Assembly: GCA_977017575.1 (NCBI GenBank)
Contig: CDRNVI010000060.1
Span: 372,001 to 436,000, forward strand
DNA length: 64,000 nucleotides
Source: Paramoeba atlantica
Lineage: Eukaryota > Protista > Discosea
Reading direction: 5' to 3'
Shown: positions 25,099-37,176 of the stretch, one piece after another
Layout: each line of letters starts with the position of its first letter
Numbering within the stretch: position 1 is the stretch's first letter
Translations under genes and position numbers: made by a program
The notes under the pieces: model-generated
What the model was told of the DNA's origin: nothing
The model's database searches: none
Seen by the model: only the letters and a program-made list of their open reading frames with translations

Positions 25099-27255
25099 CT
25101 ATTCCACACAATATTTCTCCGTGTTCAGTCGATACCCCACCCCATACGCCACCGAATCACCAGATCCCACACCACGCACAGCACTCACACGTACCGCACT
25201 CCACGTTTCCTGGTCACTGGTAAACGTCACGGAAATCGGGTACCGTCCCTCTTCCCCTTCCTCCTCTACTCCCTGATCCGTCTCCCAGGCTATTTCCAGC
25301 ACCCCCTCCTTTGTATTTTCCCCATCCATCGCGGGAATCTCCCAAGTCACGAATTCCCCCGATCGACTCATTTTCCCAAGACTCACACTTGAAGTCTGCA
25401 CTGTGATCTCAGAAGATAAGGGAATTTTAATCGTGATCTCTGATAATTTTATGGGCTGGTTTAATTCACATTCCAGTGTGAAACCCCCCTGGGTGGGCCA
25501 TGGGGTGAGTACCAGAGGGGGAGCACAGGCCTCGTAGCCCTCCAGATGCCATCGTAGAACCTCGAGTGACTGCCCGAGCGGGAGGCCACGTTGCGGGTCT
25601 TTTAGCGCAAGCTCGGCGTGTGTGGTGAAGGCGGCTTTGTCGAAAAAGGCATGGGGACGGAAATTTTTTATCCCGACAGGGTCCAGAGGGGCGAGATGCA
25701 GCACAATGCGACGGCTAAGCTCTGTGAGGGGTTGAAGGGTAAGGGATCCCGTGCGGTGACCGGTGCCTTCTCCCCCTTGGCGAGGTAAGGTCCAGGAAAG
25801 GTTTTCTCGTACTTGTACCCGGAGCGAGGGAGAAGAGCTGCCGTCTGACCCCTTTTCCGCATACTGTGTCGCGCCATCCACGGAAGAGGAAGTCGCATTC
25901 GTGTTCGGCGGTCGCGTAACGCTTTGAGAGGCTATCGTTCTCTTCTCTTGAGAATACGCCACAGGGTAGCGCGCGCTATCCTCCCGTAACCACTGCTGCG
26001 ACAGCACACTGGCTCGACTCTCCGGTTGGCTCGTCGACACACGTTGTATTGTACTGATCTGTGGCCTTGCCTGATGTAACGCCACACCCCCCTCATCTCC
26101 CCTCTTCCCACTTCCTCTACTCCCCATCCCCTCCCCCATGTTCCTCCCCGTGTATCTTTCATCCGCCCCCCTTTCCTGCTCCTCCACCTTCTCCTCTCTC
26201 CCCCTCTCCGAAACATTCCGAAACTCTTGAACCGTCTCCGGTCCCCCTCCCCCCTGCTCTGCCCGGTGCGCTGCTCTCCTCTTTCCCATCATCTCCCTGG
26301 CCTTCTCCCGTCCCACCGCTGTGGCCTTCTCCACCTGGCGTCGCTCCACCTCCCTTGCCCTCTCCTCGGTGTCGGACACCATCGCCAGCGCCTTTAGGAT
26401 CTCCTCTACAGAGGAACCACTACTCGTAGCAGTGGTAGTATTGTGTTGGGTAGTGCTCTCCGTACTCCCCGCAGTACGCATAGCCGTGTGCGTGAGAGCA
26501 CTACTCGCACTACTCGCACTACTGCTCCCCCCCCCGTCCCCCCCACTCACCACCTCATCGATGGCAAACACAATCTCAAAGGCGTGGGACTCCACCACGG
26601 AGGGGGTGAGTCGACTCACCGGCACGACGTGGGGAATCAGATTCGACAGGGTGTGGAGCGTGGAGAGGTCCGTGAGGAGGTTACCCGTGCTGCTGGTAGT
26701 CGTAGTGGTAACCGTACTACCCGTGCGACTCTTCATAGTATTCACAGGAGTAGTACCACGACTACGATGACTACTATTCCTAGTATTCATAGTACGCATA
26801 GGAGTAGTACCACGACTACTACCACTGCTTGCAGTCTGAAGAGGAGTACCGTTACTACTACTTATAGTATTCATAGTAGTACTACCCTTACGACTACTTG
26901 TAGTCTGAAGAATATCCTGACTACTTGTAGTATTCATAGGCGTACTACCCTGACTACTAGTAGTCTTCAGAGCAGTACCCTGACTACTATGACGACTACT
27001 ATGGGTAGTATTCACTGTGGTACTTGATGAGAGGGTACAGACCAGGACGAGGTAGAGGGCCTCCTCGAGGGGGTGGTACAGGTAGCGTACCCCGTGCTCC
27101 ACGGCGTCGTGGAGGTTGGAGGTGCGGGGGGAGGTGGAGAGGTGGGTGGTGAAGGCGGAGAGGAGGGTCTCCACACGGAGACGGGTGAGGGGGAGGAATT
27201 GCCGCGAGAGGAGGACCTGGGAGGGGGTGAGGAGGGCGGCGAGGAGGAGGGGCAT
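25099..27255 (-). CDS. ARCN1: Coatomer subunit delta (delta-COP/archain) with Ser/Thr-rich insertions
   Basis: SRQFLPLTRLRVETLLSAF, VRYLYHPLE, NLLTDLSTL, FEIVFAIDEVV and MVSDTEE (longin domain); FRPHAFFDK, VLRWHL and PLVLTPWP (mu-homology domain). Confidence 0.9.
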   Translation of the reverse strand: MPLLLAALLTPSQVLLSRQFLPLTRLRVETLLSAFTTHLSTSPRTSNLHDAVEHGVRYLYHPLEEALYLVLVCTLSSSTTVNTTHSSRHSSQGTALKTTSSQGSTPMNTTSSQDILQTTSSRKGSTTMNTISSSNGTPLQTASSGSSRGTTPMRTMNTRNSSHRSRGTTPVNTMKSRTGSTVTTTTTSSTGNLLTDLSTLHTLSNLIPHVVPVSRLTPSVVESHAFEIVFAIDEVVSGGDGGGSSSASSASSALTHTAMRTAGSTESTTQHNTTTATSSGSSVEEILKALAMVSDTEERAREVERRQVEKATAVGREKAREMMGKRRAAHRAEQGGGGPETVQEFRNVSERGREEKVEEQERGADERYTGRNMGEGMGSRGSGKRGDEGGVALHQARPQISTIQRVSTSQPESRASVLSQQWLREDSARYPVAYSQEKRTIASQSVTRPPNTNATSSSVDGATQYAEKGSDGSSSPSLRVQVRENLSWTLPRQGGEGTGHRTGSLTLQPLTELSRRIVLHLAPLDPVGIKNFRPHAFFDKAAFTTHAELALKDPQRGLPLGQSLEVLRWHLEGYEACAPPLVLTPWPTQGGFTLECELNQPIKLSEITIKIPLSSEITVQTSSVSLGKMSRSGEFVTWEIPAMDGENTKEGVLEIAWETDQGVEEEGEEGRYPISVTFTSDQETWSAVRVSAVRGVGSGDSVAYGVGYRLNTEKYCVE

Positions 27256-27424
27256 GGGGGAAGGAGGGGAGGAGGGAAGGAAGGAAGAAATAGGGGATGG
27301 AAAGGAGAGGAAGGATGGAATAGAGGAGTATGTGTGTATACTTACAGTGGCATGTACAGGTTGCAGGTATTGAGGGAGATACGGAGTATCTAACCCGCTT
27401 ACTATAACATGCTATCACATCAGA

Positions 27425-27688
27425 ATGTTATGCCATGCCTCGGTATACGTAGCCCTCTCAAGAGTAAAAAGTGTGAGTCAACTTTGGTTACTCCCTGAAA
27501 GAAATGATGGAGGCTTTAGCTACTTGGAAAGGTTGCGACCCAACGCCGACGTTGCGAAATTCGTGAAACGTATGACGCAGAAGGAAGGCAATGAAAAATA
27601 CGTACCTGAAAAAACTCTGTACCGTTGCCCTCCGCCATCTAAGAAAAAGAAACTACAAAGAAAGGGGGAATACCATAGTTTGGACTAG
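27425..27688 (+). pseudogene. Pif1/Helitron-type helicase C-terminal remnant
   Basis: VYVALSRVKSVSQLWLL resembles SF1B helicase motif VI; nothing else supports it. Confidence 0.45.
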
Positions 27689-29785
27689 TAAACTAGTACT
27701 TACTAAAAGTAGTAAACAGGTTAGTAATTACTACTATATTTATGCGAAGAAAATAGAATGTACAATGTATGTGACGTCCTCATTATTGAAGTTCTAAACT
27801 TATTTTAAGTTCCAATCACTTTTTCACATAAATGACAAGTCGGATCGAGTACCCTTCTCCCCCGAACACTCGAAGACGCAGTAACGCCACTGCGCAAGCC
27901 CATCGAGAAAACGCGGCCGCTGTAATGGAGAGACTGGAAACCACTCCAACACAAATAGCGGTTAACGCGGAAAATGCGTTGACCCAGGATTCTCCTCGCC
28001 CTCGTAGAGGAAAAAGCAATACTGGAAATGATCCCCTGTCGTTCGGTTCTCACAGAAATCAAAACATCTTGGTTTATGAGAGATATGACTTCACATGCGC
28101 TTAAAAAGGATGTGAAGCTTGGGCCATAAACGTAATGCTCGTTTATAACACACAGCAGAATTGAGGCATTGTATAAGCACTTAAAGACTTGCACAGGCGC
28201 AATCAGAGACACCGACCCACAAGTATCACAGAAAGCACAAGTCCAACAGTTTGTACAAATTGATTGGCCACGTCTTGCCGCGAAACATAGACTGTCGACG
28301 GATGCTTTTCTTAAGTTCGTTGCTGAATACGAAGTTCTTTTTTTGGCATGGCAGTGGATGGCGGAGTTGATACCGTATTACACGAGCATGTCCTGATTGC
28401 AATTTTGTACGTTGGGCGTAAGCACTTCGTACTTCCCCGATTTACCACCCCAAGAACAAAGGCTACAATGGCATTGAAATGTCCCAAGCCTTGATTACGA
28501 CATTGCGTTCCTGCATATCGGATGAAAATCTGATGAAGTTACGCTACCTCATGGTAGATGGGGTTCCTGTTAACCATGTAGCTCGCAAAGAATTAGACTC
28601 CAAGTTGAAGCGTATATATTTACAGATTTTGTAGAACTCTCAATTGCATTACTCTATTGTGCGTGAACTGTACGAAGGAATTTGAACTTCGGCGAACCCC
28701 CGATTTTGAATAGTCATCATTTTTTTTGTCTTTTTGCATCATTGTGCGAGATAAGCAGGACGGACTTTGAACTTGCGCGAACATGTAATTTTTGGAGCTG
28801 GAGAAAATTAAATTATGCGTGCGATTGTGCTTATTACGAATTTCGCTTCTTTTTTCACGTGCGTTTTATTCGTGGGCTCTATTCAGTCGCTTTGTTTTTC
28901 CCCATGTGAACAGAATGACTAAGTTTACAAATTGATCAGTTTATTTATCCGAGCGTACGTCTTGGAGTATGTTTTGTAGTACACATTAATATTGAGATAT
29001 TAATGTTGAGAATAGTATTGAGATATTCAGATGAATGCAGGATGGTGATATTCAGTCTCCACAACGATGAAGATACCGTTTCTGTAAAGTAGAGCTCTTC
29101 CAAAGTTTAACATGTGAACTAAATTTGACCAAAAGTAAGTGACCAAAAAAGTAGTAACTTTAGTAATTACTACATTGTACGCAAAATTTACATGTGAAGA
29201 CGCAAAATATGATAATATTATTGTAGTATAAGCTTCTATCATCTTGTCTAAAGGCCCCACAAGTAATGCCACACCCCTGTACACAGCTGGAAGATCAATA
29301 ATTCACTATTTGGTCTAAGCTAGTCTTAAGGGAAAAAAAGTAGTAATTACTACTCTTTAAGTAGTAAAGTTAGTAATTACAGTAAAAGAAAAGACCAAGT
29401 CTTAATACCTCAAAGGTACGATCAAATGAAAAAGAGAAAGAATGTCAAAAGTTAACATAAAAAATACAGTCAGTTGTAATGGTGACAGCTCGGATATTTC
29501 ACAGGCTTGAGGCGGGCACTTCGAGCTTGTGTTAGAAAGGATGCTAGTTATTGTGGAGAGCACCGCAATAACTAGCCCTATAACGAGCGAGGTATTCAAC
29601 TATAGCGTATGGGCTAACTGGCGAGTGGGCCGAAATGTAACGTTTCGATCCCATTCGTGAGTTGGTAGTAAGTTCTATTGCCCATATTAGTATTCTTTGA
29701 ACGAAGGGCTTGGTCCTGTGATATTACACTATTTTTGGGTATCCAATAAAGATTCCATCATGACATATTCCTGCATATGCAGATA

Positions 29786-31136
29786 AACCCCCCGTCACGA
29801 ATAAGTGACCATAGGCTAAAATCTGTGTTGAGGGGGGTATGGGGGTATGCATACCATATTTTCGTGTAGAATTTCGCGTTCTGCAGTTTCCCGCTATTTT
29901 CTGTCCTAGAGAAACTAAATTTTATAAAAAATTGAAAATATCGATTTTTTGAAAAAAAAAAAACAAAAAATTGTATGAGATGGAGAAAACTCTCCATACC
30001 TAAAGGGGGTTTGACGCAAGCAGGGAAGCTTATACTTCGTTTGCGTCACGAAGACGGTGTTTCTAAGCGAAAACTAGCAAAAGAATTTAATGTTAGTCGC
30101 CGAACTGTGAGATCTTACTTGGCAGAACCAATTGTGACTTATGAAACTTCCACCCCGAAATCTGAAAGTCTGGAGGTGAAAAAACGAAGATGTGAAATTG
30201 AAAATGTCTTGCAGGATACAGATGCAAGGGGGGTACCAAAGAACAATAGTTCCAGACGTATTGTAGCTGTACTTGCTAGGAAAGGAATAAAAACAGGGAG
30301 AAGAACTGTACAAAGGGATATTAAAGAATTGGCATGGAACTACTAAGCGCGTCCTCTTTCTCAAGGCTTATCTGAAAAACAAATGATTAAAAGGGTAAAG
30401 TTTTGTAAAAAATGGCTAAGAGGGAAGCGCCACTCTGGAGAAGTAATATTTGGTGATGAAAAGATTTTTGACACCAATGACTCAAGGCGAAATCAGTGGG
30501 TACGCCCAAATGGAAAAACATCCACAAGACAAAAAGTACGCTGGGCACCAAAGTGTCACGTTTGGTGTGCGATTTGGGTCGGGTGGAAATGCTTGCGCAT
30601 CCTTCCTGATTCGAATATAAATAGTAAAACCTACGTAGAAACGCTCAAAAGTGTAACACTACCTTCTAACCGTATTTTTCAACAAATGGGGCCACTGCTC
30701 ACACAGCGAAGGCCACTAAGCAGTATCTTTTGAATTCAGGAATAAGCTTCATCGAAACGTGGCCCCCCAATTCACCCGACCTTAATCCCATAGAGAATGT
30801 GTGGTCTATGATGCAAGAACTTGTTGATGAGCAATTGCCTTCTAATACCGAATCACTTATCCATTGCGTAAAGAATGCATGGAGCAAGATTCCTACTGAG
30901 GTTATGGATCATATGGTTCTTAGCTTCAATAAGCGACTGAAAGCTTGTACTGAGAAAAATGGCGAAAAAGTGAAAAAATGGTAGGCGACCCCCCTAGGTG
31001 TAGGTGTTCAGAATTTGTACCAAGTGTGTGACCCCAAGATATTAGGGCCTGAGATCTGCAAAATGCAACAAGAATTAGCTAAAACGGCTTTATATACCAA
31101 AAGTTAGCTTATGGTCACTTATCGTGACGGGGGGTT
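29786..31136 (+). mobile_element. Tc1/mariner element with both TIRs and TA flanks; transposase pseudogene (29975-30984)
   Basis: TA|aaccccccgtcacgaataagtgaccata and tatggtcacttatcgtgacggggggtt|TA. FGDEKIF, QQ(D)GATAH and WPPNSPDLNPIEN, with an in-frame TAA at 30344 and a frameshift near 30690. Confidence 0.92.
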
Positions 31137-31231
31137 TATAATTCAAAGTACGTCAAGTTATTAAAAAATATACTTTCCATAGAATTTCGACAATATGGGA
31201 ATCATGTTAGCATGCGATAGTGATTCTCATA

Positions 31232-31991
31232 CAGGGGGGGCCACGAAAACTGACAAGGTCCGCATCTTAGCGTCCTGAGGCCGTTTGAGCTGATTTTTGT
31301 TGCAAACGAGAGATCTCGTTCTGAATATCGTGTCTACGCTATTTGGAGCCCGTTTCTGCTAATAAAAAAATATATATTTACAAAATATTGAAATTTTGGG
31401 CAAAATATTTTGCAAAAAGTATCGAAAAACGTAAAAAAGGCTATTTTATCTTCTTTTTACCTTACTATGGGCAAACGGAATAGACTAAACCGTCGTGTTC
31501 ATATCCTGTGCGCATTGTCTGCGCACACGAAATTTGATTGAGAATTTGTGGAGCATGATGGATAAGTACATCCACAGCCATCTCCGTCCACAGAATCGAA
31601 AAGAATTACAAGCGGCTATTCCAAAGGCCAAGGAATATTTGTTGAACGAATGTCACGAGGCGTATGTGAATACGCTAAAGAGTCTTCCCACGCGCCTCGC
31701 TATACTACGTGAGCGTGGAGGTGGGAATACTGGCTATTAAGACCTACTTTCTGGGTACTTTTTGGGCCGTGGTACGTAAAAATTACGATTTTTAGACCCG
31801 TTTTTCAATTTGCAAAATCTTTAAAATTTCACTTTTGTAACTCATTGGAAATGTTTTCCGGCGAACGTTTTTGTATTTTAAATAGCGTAGACGATATTCA
31901 GAACGAGATCTCTCGTTTGCAACAAAAATCAGCTCAAACTGCCTCAGGACGCTAAAATGCGGACCTTGTCAGTTTTCGTGGCCCCCCCCTG
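31232..31991 (+). mobile_element. Non-autonomous Tc1 derivative (760 bp) with about 115-bp TIRs and TA TSD
   Basis: TA|caggggggg ccacgaaaactgacaaggtccgcat.. is inverted at the right end and followed by TA. Internal transposase C-terminus NLIENLWSMMD..GGNTGY* (31495-31740). Confidence 0.9.
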
Positions 31992-32365
31992 TATTGTAAT
32001 GTATAATATATTATGATGTAATAATATCATAATATAATATTATGATACATTAAATGGTTTCAAAGCACTTTTCAGCGATTATAGCATCACTTTTTCGCAT
32101 CCAACATTTAAATTTTTTCCCACCATCCCACCCCGGCTGAAATGTAACGTTTCGATCCCATTCGTGAGTTGGTAGTGAGTTTAAGTTCTATTTCCCATAT
32201 TAGTATTCTTTGAACGAAGGGCTAGGTCCTGTGATATTACACTATTATTCCAATAAAGATTCCGTCATGACATATTCCTGCATATGCAGATATAAGGTGT
32301 AATTCAAAGCGTGTCGAGTTATTAAAAAAATAAGATAAAGAAAGGATGAGTTAGGGAAAATGTAC

Positions 32366-32390
32366 CAACAAGGTACAGAAACTGTATCTT
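32366..32390 (-). other. 5'-truncated SL exon copy (25 nt)
   Basis: Minus strand aagatacagtttctgtaccttgttg is identical to the 63696 copy and is followed by gtacattttccc. Confidence 0.85.
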
Positions 32391-33160
32391 GACTAGGGTC
32401 AACTTACACCTCGGACCCCACTTGGCCGGACACATCCAGGTCCCCGTCCCTGCCAGACACTCTCTACAGGGACAAGCGGTAGGACTCACTTTGGGGGTCC
32501 CCCCCGACCGCATAAGCCTGACCCACGAACCGGGAGGGCCATACCTGGAGACCGACGAGGACTTGGTAGAGGCCGCGTGCATTTGGGCCTCTCTGCTCAC
32601 TCCAAACCATGGCCCCTCCCACGGTCCCCACGTCAAGGTCTTCGACGGATCGGGAGCAGGAGCAAACATAGAGACGCCGTCTGATCTCCCAGGCGAACAC
32701 ATCCCCTTTTTCCTATGTCACGCCCTGGGTATAGCCCAGTGCTTCGCAGGAGCCTGGACCCCCTTCATGTCGGAGGACGGAACGGCCTGCTGGAGCTTCA
32801 CACCTACGGAGGGTCTGATAGCCAACGATGATTCCCTGCTCCGCCCCGACGGATGGGTCCGCCTGAGAAACGGATGCGAATATATAATTGAATTAACAGT
32901 GCCCTGGGAAGAGAACTTCTACCAAGCGAATCAGCGAAAGTGCCACAAATATGACCAACTAATTCATAAGCGAGGGGGCCAAAATGTCCCATGCTATGCG
33001 CTCATATTTGAAATCGGAGCACGCGGTATGCCTAATGCCACGGCGAGCACTATTGAGGTCCTTTTCGATAACAACACGCCACTAGCAAAATCCACGCTGC
33101 ACGAAATGATCCGCTAGATTTCCTTAAATTTACTGTATCAGAGATGGACCGCATAGACAC
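32391..33160 (+). mobile_element. Chimeric or internally deleted non-LTR ORF: CRE-associated N-terminal module fused in frame to a HERO-type RLE
   Basis: LGPHLAGHIQV..FFLCHALGI..CWSFTPTEGLIAN (homologous to the 17254 ORF) is joined to DSLLRPDGW..IELTVPWEE..EIGARG (homologous to the 48045 ORF). Confidence 0.8.
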
Positions 33161-33314
33161 ACCGCTGTCGTAGAGCTCTGCAATTTGTTTCTTTACGTAA
33201 CGTGGTGTGGGCCTCATAGAAAATAAGAATTTTAGGTAAGAAGAATTTTAGGTTATAGAGTTTATCTTACACTATTACATTGTTTATCTTACACTGTTAC
33301 GTTTTGCACTCTAT

Positions 33315-34275
33315 ATGAGGCCCACACCACGTTACGTAAAGAAACAAATTGCAGAGCTCTACGACAGCGGTGTGTCTATGAGGTCCATCTCTGATACAGT
33401 AAATTTAAGTATCTCAACAATTTCAATGATATTAAAAAAAGAAAGGCCTGATACTCTCAGGATGCAGGGTGGACGCCCTCGAAAGCTTTCTCCGGCAATT
33501 CTGCGCGAGAGGTATCATCTCAGCTGCGCCGCGAGGGCGTTGCTGATGTTGTTCCTCAGTCTATCCGAGTTTCGATGCACCGCTTCGGACACAAAGGTAG
33601 AAAGCGTGTCCGCAAGCCCTACCTGTCCAAGCGCCATCGCAAGCTTCGGATGGACTTTGCCACGGCCCATGAGCACTGGACAGTGCACGACTGGACTCCA
33701 GTTGTATGGTCGGACGAGACGAAGATCTCGCGCTTTGAAACGGGGGGAAGTCTTTGGACATGGGGGACCCCGGGGGAGGAACTGGGTGAAAAAGAGGTAA
33801 TTCCCACGGTAAAGTACGGAGGGGGGCACATCATGATTTGGGCGTGCATGTCCCGAAGCGGCGTGGGGCATGTGCGTCTAGTTCAAGGGAACCTGAACGC
33901 CACACAGTACGTCGAGATTCTTGAAGAGAATCTTGCCCCCTCCATCGAAACTATGGGTCTAGACCCCCCAAAGGTCATCTTCCAACAAGATAATGACCCC
34001 AAGCACACAAGCCATTGTGCGCAACGGCACCTCCAGGGTACCGGGTTTGAAGTCATGCGGTGGCCCCCGCAGTCCCCTGACTTAAATCCAATCGAAAACG
34101 TTTGGGGGGGAACTCAAGCGGCGCCTTGCAGCTCACGATGATCCACCAAGCGGGGTCCGAGAGTTGTGGGAGAGGGTAAAAATGGAATGGGCGAACATAC
34201 CACCCTCAGTATGTCATGCCCAAGTGGGCAGTATGCCTGCCCGTATGAAGGCAGTGCTGAAGGCTCGTGGGGGGA
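33315..34275 (+). pseudogene. Canonical Tc1-type DD34E transposase, frameshifted
   Basis: VVWSDETKI, TVKYGGGHIMIW, FQQDNDPKH, WPPQSPDLNPIEN; 34 residues between D and E; TIRs not found. Confidence 0.9.
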
Positions 34276-34567
34276 ATACTAATTTTACGGGCATAATCTC
34301 TCTTGGGCGATTACGTTTCATCTATTTTTTGGGACAAGATTTTCTCTATAATAGGTAGCAAAAAAATCTTTCGAATGCTAAACTTTTTAATATTCATTCT
34401 TATTTCTTTGGTAGAACGAACTGAGGTGAACTATCTACGGGTACTATTAGGTGACACTCATGCCTACACTACTAGCACACATTACCAACGCAACGGTGAT
34501 ATTTAATCAATAGCTCTATACAAAAGAAAAACCGAAACATTCGAACGGTTTTTTTGCTGACTGTATG

Positions 34568-35342
34568 CAGTCCAGGTACTGGTATCCCCCCCAGGCTCCA
34601 GAGCACACCGTAAGAGCTTTTGACCTAATTCCTTCGGCATTCAACAGATCTCGAAAAACTAGAGCGTTTCCCGCCGTTTGCGTGCCTATCACCCCCCCTG
34701 GGTCAAAAATATTTAGAAAAAACACGAAAAAATAGCATAAGTTTACTAAAAAATTCCAATATTTCGAAAATTGGGGAGTTTTTTAGTCAAATATGGTTTC
34801 TCATTCTATGAATTTGAGGGATACTCCTGCCAAATCTACTAAAGACCAGTACTAAAGGCCAGTACAACTCGACGAAAAGCAAGATACCCCCTATTACCCA
34901 TAAAACGTCACGATGTGCACTCGCAGAACGCCTTAACCGAATTGTTAAGGAAAATTTGCCAGACTGAAAAACAGCTCCGGAAGGCGCTAAAGAAAGCCTT
35001 TATGATGCTTAAGCGTCATACTTATGGACGCGAATTCTTAATTTGCATAAATTCAGTTCCTAAACGCTTGCGAATTGTGCGGAGCGTTCAAGGAGACCAT
35101 TGTAGGTTCTAATATATAGGAATCTATACACTTTTTTCATTTTTCCCCCTCTCAAAAAAACTCTTTTTTTTGAAATTTGCCAACTTTCACCACGCCCACC
35201 TAGGACCCAGGGGGGGTGATAATCAAAGCAACTTTGGGAAACGCACTAGTTTTTCGAGATCTGTCGAATGCCGAAGGAATTAGGTCAAAAGCTCTTACGG
35301 CGCGCTCTGGAGCCTGGGTGGGGAAAACCAATACCTGGACTG
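34568..35342 (+). mobile_element. Non-autonomous Tc1-like element with about 135-bp TIRs (cagtccagg..cctggactg)
   Basis: 34568-34704 is inverted at 35202-35342, with tatg on both flanks. Internal transposase tail SVPKRLRIVRSVQGDHCRF*. Confidence 0.8.
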
Positions 35343-35609
35343 TATGTAGGAATTCGCCGTTTGCCGGCAGGCATTGTACGCATTTTGGGTATACTTATTT
35401 CCATGGTTGTATACTCCTTCCACAATTTGTAGACTATAAAATAGTATCTGGTCAAGGGCATTGTTCGAATCGTTCGATTGGACAATGTTGGGGCTTGGCG
35501 ACCCCCACCTTCCCAGCTACGTCCACAGCAAAATTTTTCATTTTGTATTTCATTTGTCATCGTAAGTGCTATTCAGTAAATACTTATCCGCACAAGGAGA
35601 AGATATTTT

Positions 35610-37176
35610 GGGTAATATGCAGTCAAACTGTACCCTAAATTTCATTTTTTTTTACTTTTTTTGACAAAAAAATATGTGTGATTAATTATTTACTTGATAG
35701 TTTTGAGTCATTTTCACCCACTTTTAAGCTTTGTTTACGTCTTAAACCATTGAATGGACTGCTCAGGGTGTAGAACTTTTGCGTGCTTGACGCTAGTTAC
35801 GTCAATTTTGCAAATAACGTCAGAGAATGTTGTTTCCTGGCTAGTAAATCACTCTTTCGGGGCTTATACACAGTGTCTTCGCTGCAAAGAGAAACCGAGA
35901 AGCGATCAATGCTTCAAAAAACTCGAAGACGGTTCGAAGTGCCGCCTAAAAATTCCGAAATTTGGCCCCTTTTTTCCTTTAAACTGTCGAATTGTTGATA
36001 AATTTCGATGTTGGCTGCTTCTAGCGCAAGGTAGCCTGCCCTTGAACGCAGCTTTGCAAGCGCTCAGGTCTCTTCGTTCAGTTCTTACAGACCTAAGTGA
36101 AATTGAACGCATATTCAGCATTCCCCGTTCCCCGCACATGCTCATGAAGTACGTTATGGCGGATGAGACATATATTGGGAAACGCCTGCACCATCGCGGG
36201 AGACAAGTCCGCAAACAAAAGTTCTGGTTTATGACGGCTACAGAGGTTGATCCAAACACCGGGAAATCATTGCAAACATACTGGGAGGCAACGGTTCGCC
36301 GAACGAGAGAGGTTTGCTACAGGTTTGTCCGATCAGTCATAGAAAATAGAAATGCCATGGTAATTATACTGATGAGTGGGCTGCATATCGTGGAATCGAT
36401 GCCTTTTGCCGACATTACACTATTTGCCACGCTGATGCATTCTCGCGAGAGCACTCCCCGCACGTCAACATTCATATCAACAACGCAGAGTCTGCCCATG
36501 CCAGTGTAAAGGGTTACTGCAAGCGTTTTTTTCACAAATGGGGCAGAAGTTTGGAAAGCTGTCAGGCACGAGCGCATTTTATTTGCACGGTCTTCTTCAA
36601 GGCGGAAGCTAAAAAGCGTTTTCAGAACCTTATGACTGTTATGGCGAGATACTCCTCTGACAATAGCGCGGTATACGGAGATCAGTCAAATGAAGAAGAT
36701 GCGGAAGTTTCCAGTGACTCTAGTGAGGACCTTCAGGAAGATTATGAAAGCCCAACCACGCCACTAGGTCGAGCGCTCACTGAACATATAAGACTCAAAC
36801 GCAGATATGGAAGGGATGAAATGGGATTCCACAAGCATATGATAAAAAGTGCCACTGACCGCCACTACACTATTTATGTTGGTCCTGGTGGTGCTCGATG
36901 CACTTGCCGTGACGGACGTCTGGGCAATCGATGTAAGCATATATATTTCATTTTGATGCGGGAACTTGGGGTGGATGAAAACCATTCAGTTCTATTAAAA
37001 TCGGAATTTTCATCAGAAGACCTATCGAATTTGTTGTAGACGAGGCAGAAATTATCGGTAAATCGTCTTATTCATATGCAAATTTGCGTAAAAACAAAAA
37101 AGGAACACATATGTGATGGAAATATACAGTTTTTAGAAAAAACAAATTTAGGGTACATTTTGACTGCAGTTGACCC
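35610..37176 (+). mobile_element. Merlin (IS1595/ISXO2-related) DNA transposon with 33-bp TIRs and a perfect 8-bp TSD
   Basis: Left TIR gggtaatatgcagtcaaactgtaccctaaattt (35610-35642) and right TIR (37144-37176) differ at 4 positions. GATATTTT is present at both 35602-35609 and 37177-37184. Confidence 0.93.
35754..37039 (+). pseudogene. Merlin DDE transposase with C-terminal SWIM zinc finger; one 1-nt frameshift near 36365
   Basis: CLRC Zn-ribbon and ADETYIGKRLHHRGR. After restoring one T: VIYTDEWAAY..HYTICH..HINNAES, continuing in frame into CTCRDG..RCKH (SWIM CxCxnCxH). Confidence 0.88.

Noticed and set aside
26686-27037. delta-COP insert as a cis-spliced GT-AG intron
   Set aside because: A GT..AG pair exists, but splicing would shorten a conserved loop, and the insert is stop-free in frame. 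Not excluded without RNA data.
27800-29600. Short ORFs between the helicase remnant and the 29786 element
   Set aside because: No recognisable motifs, multiple stops; cannot be supported as genes.
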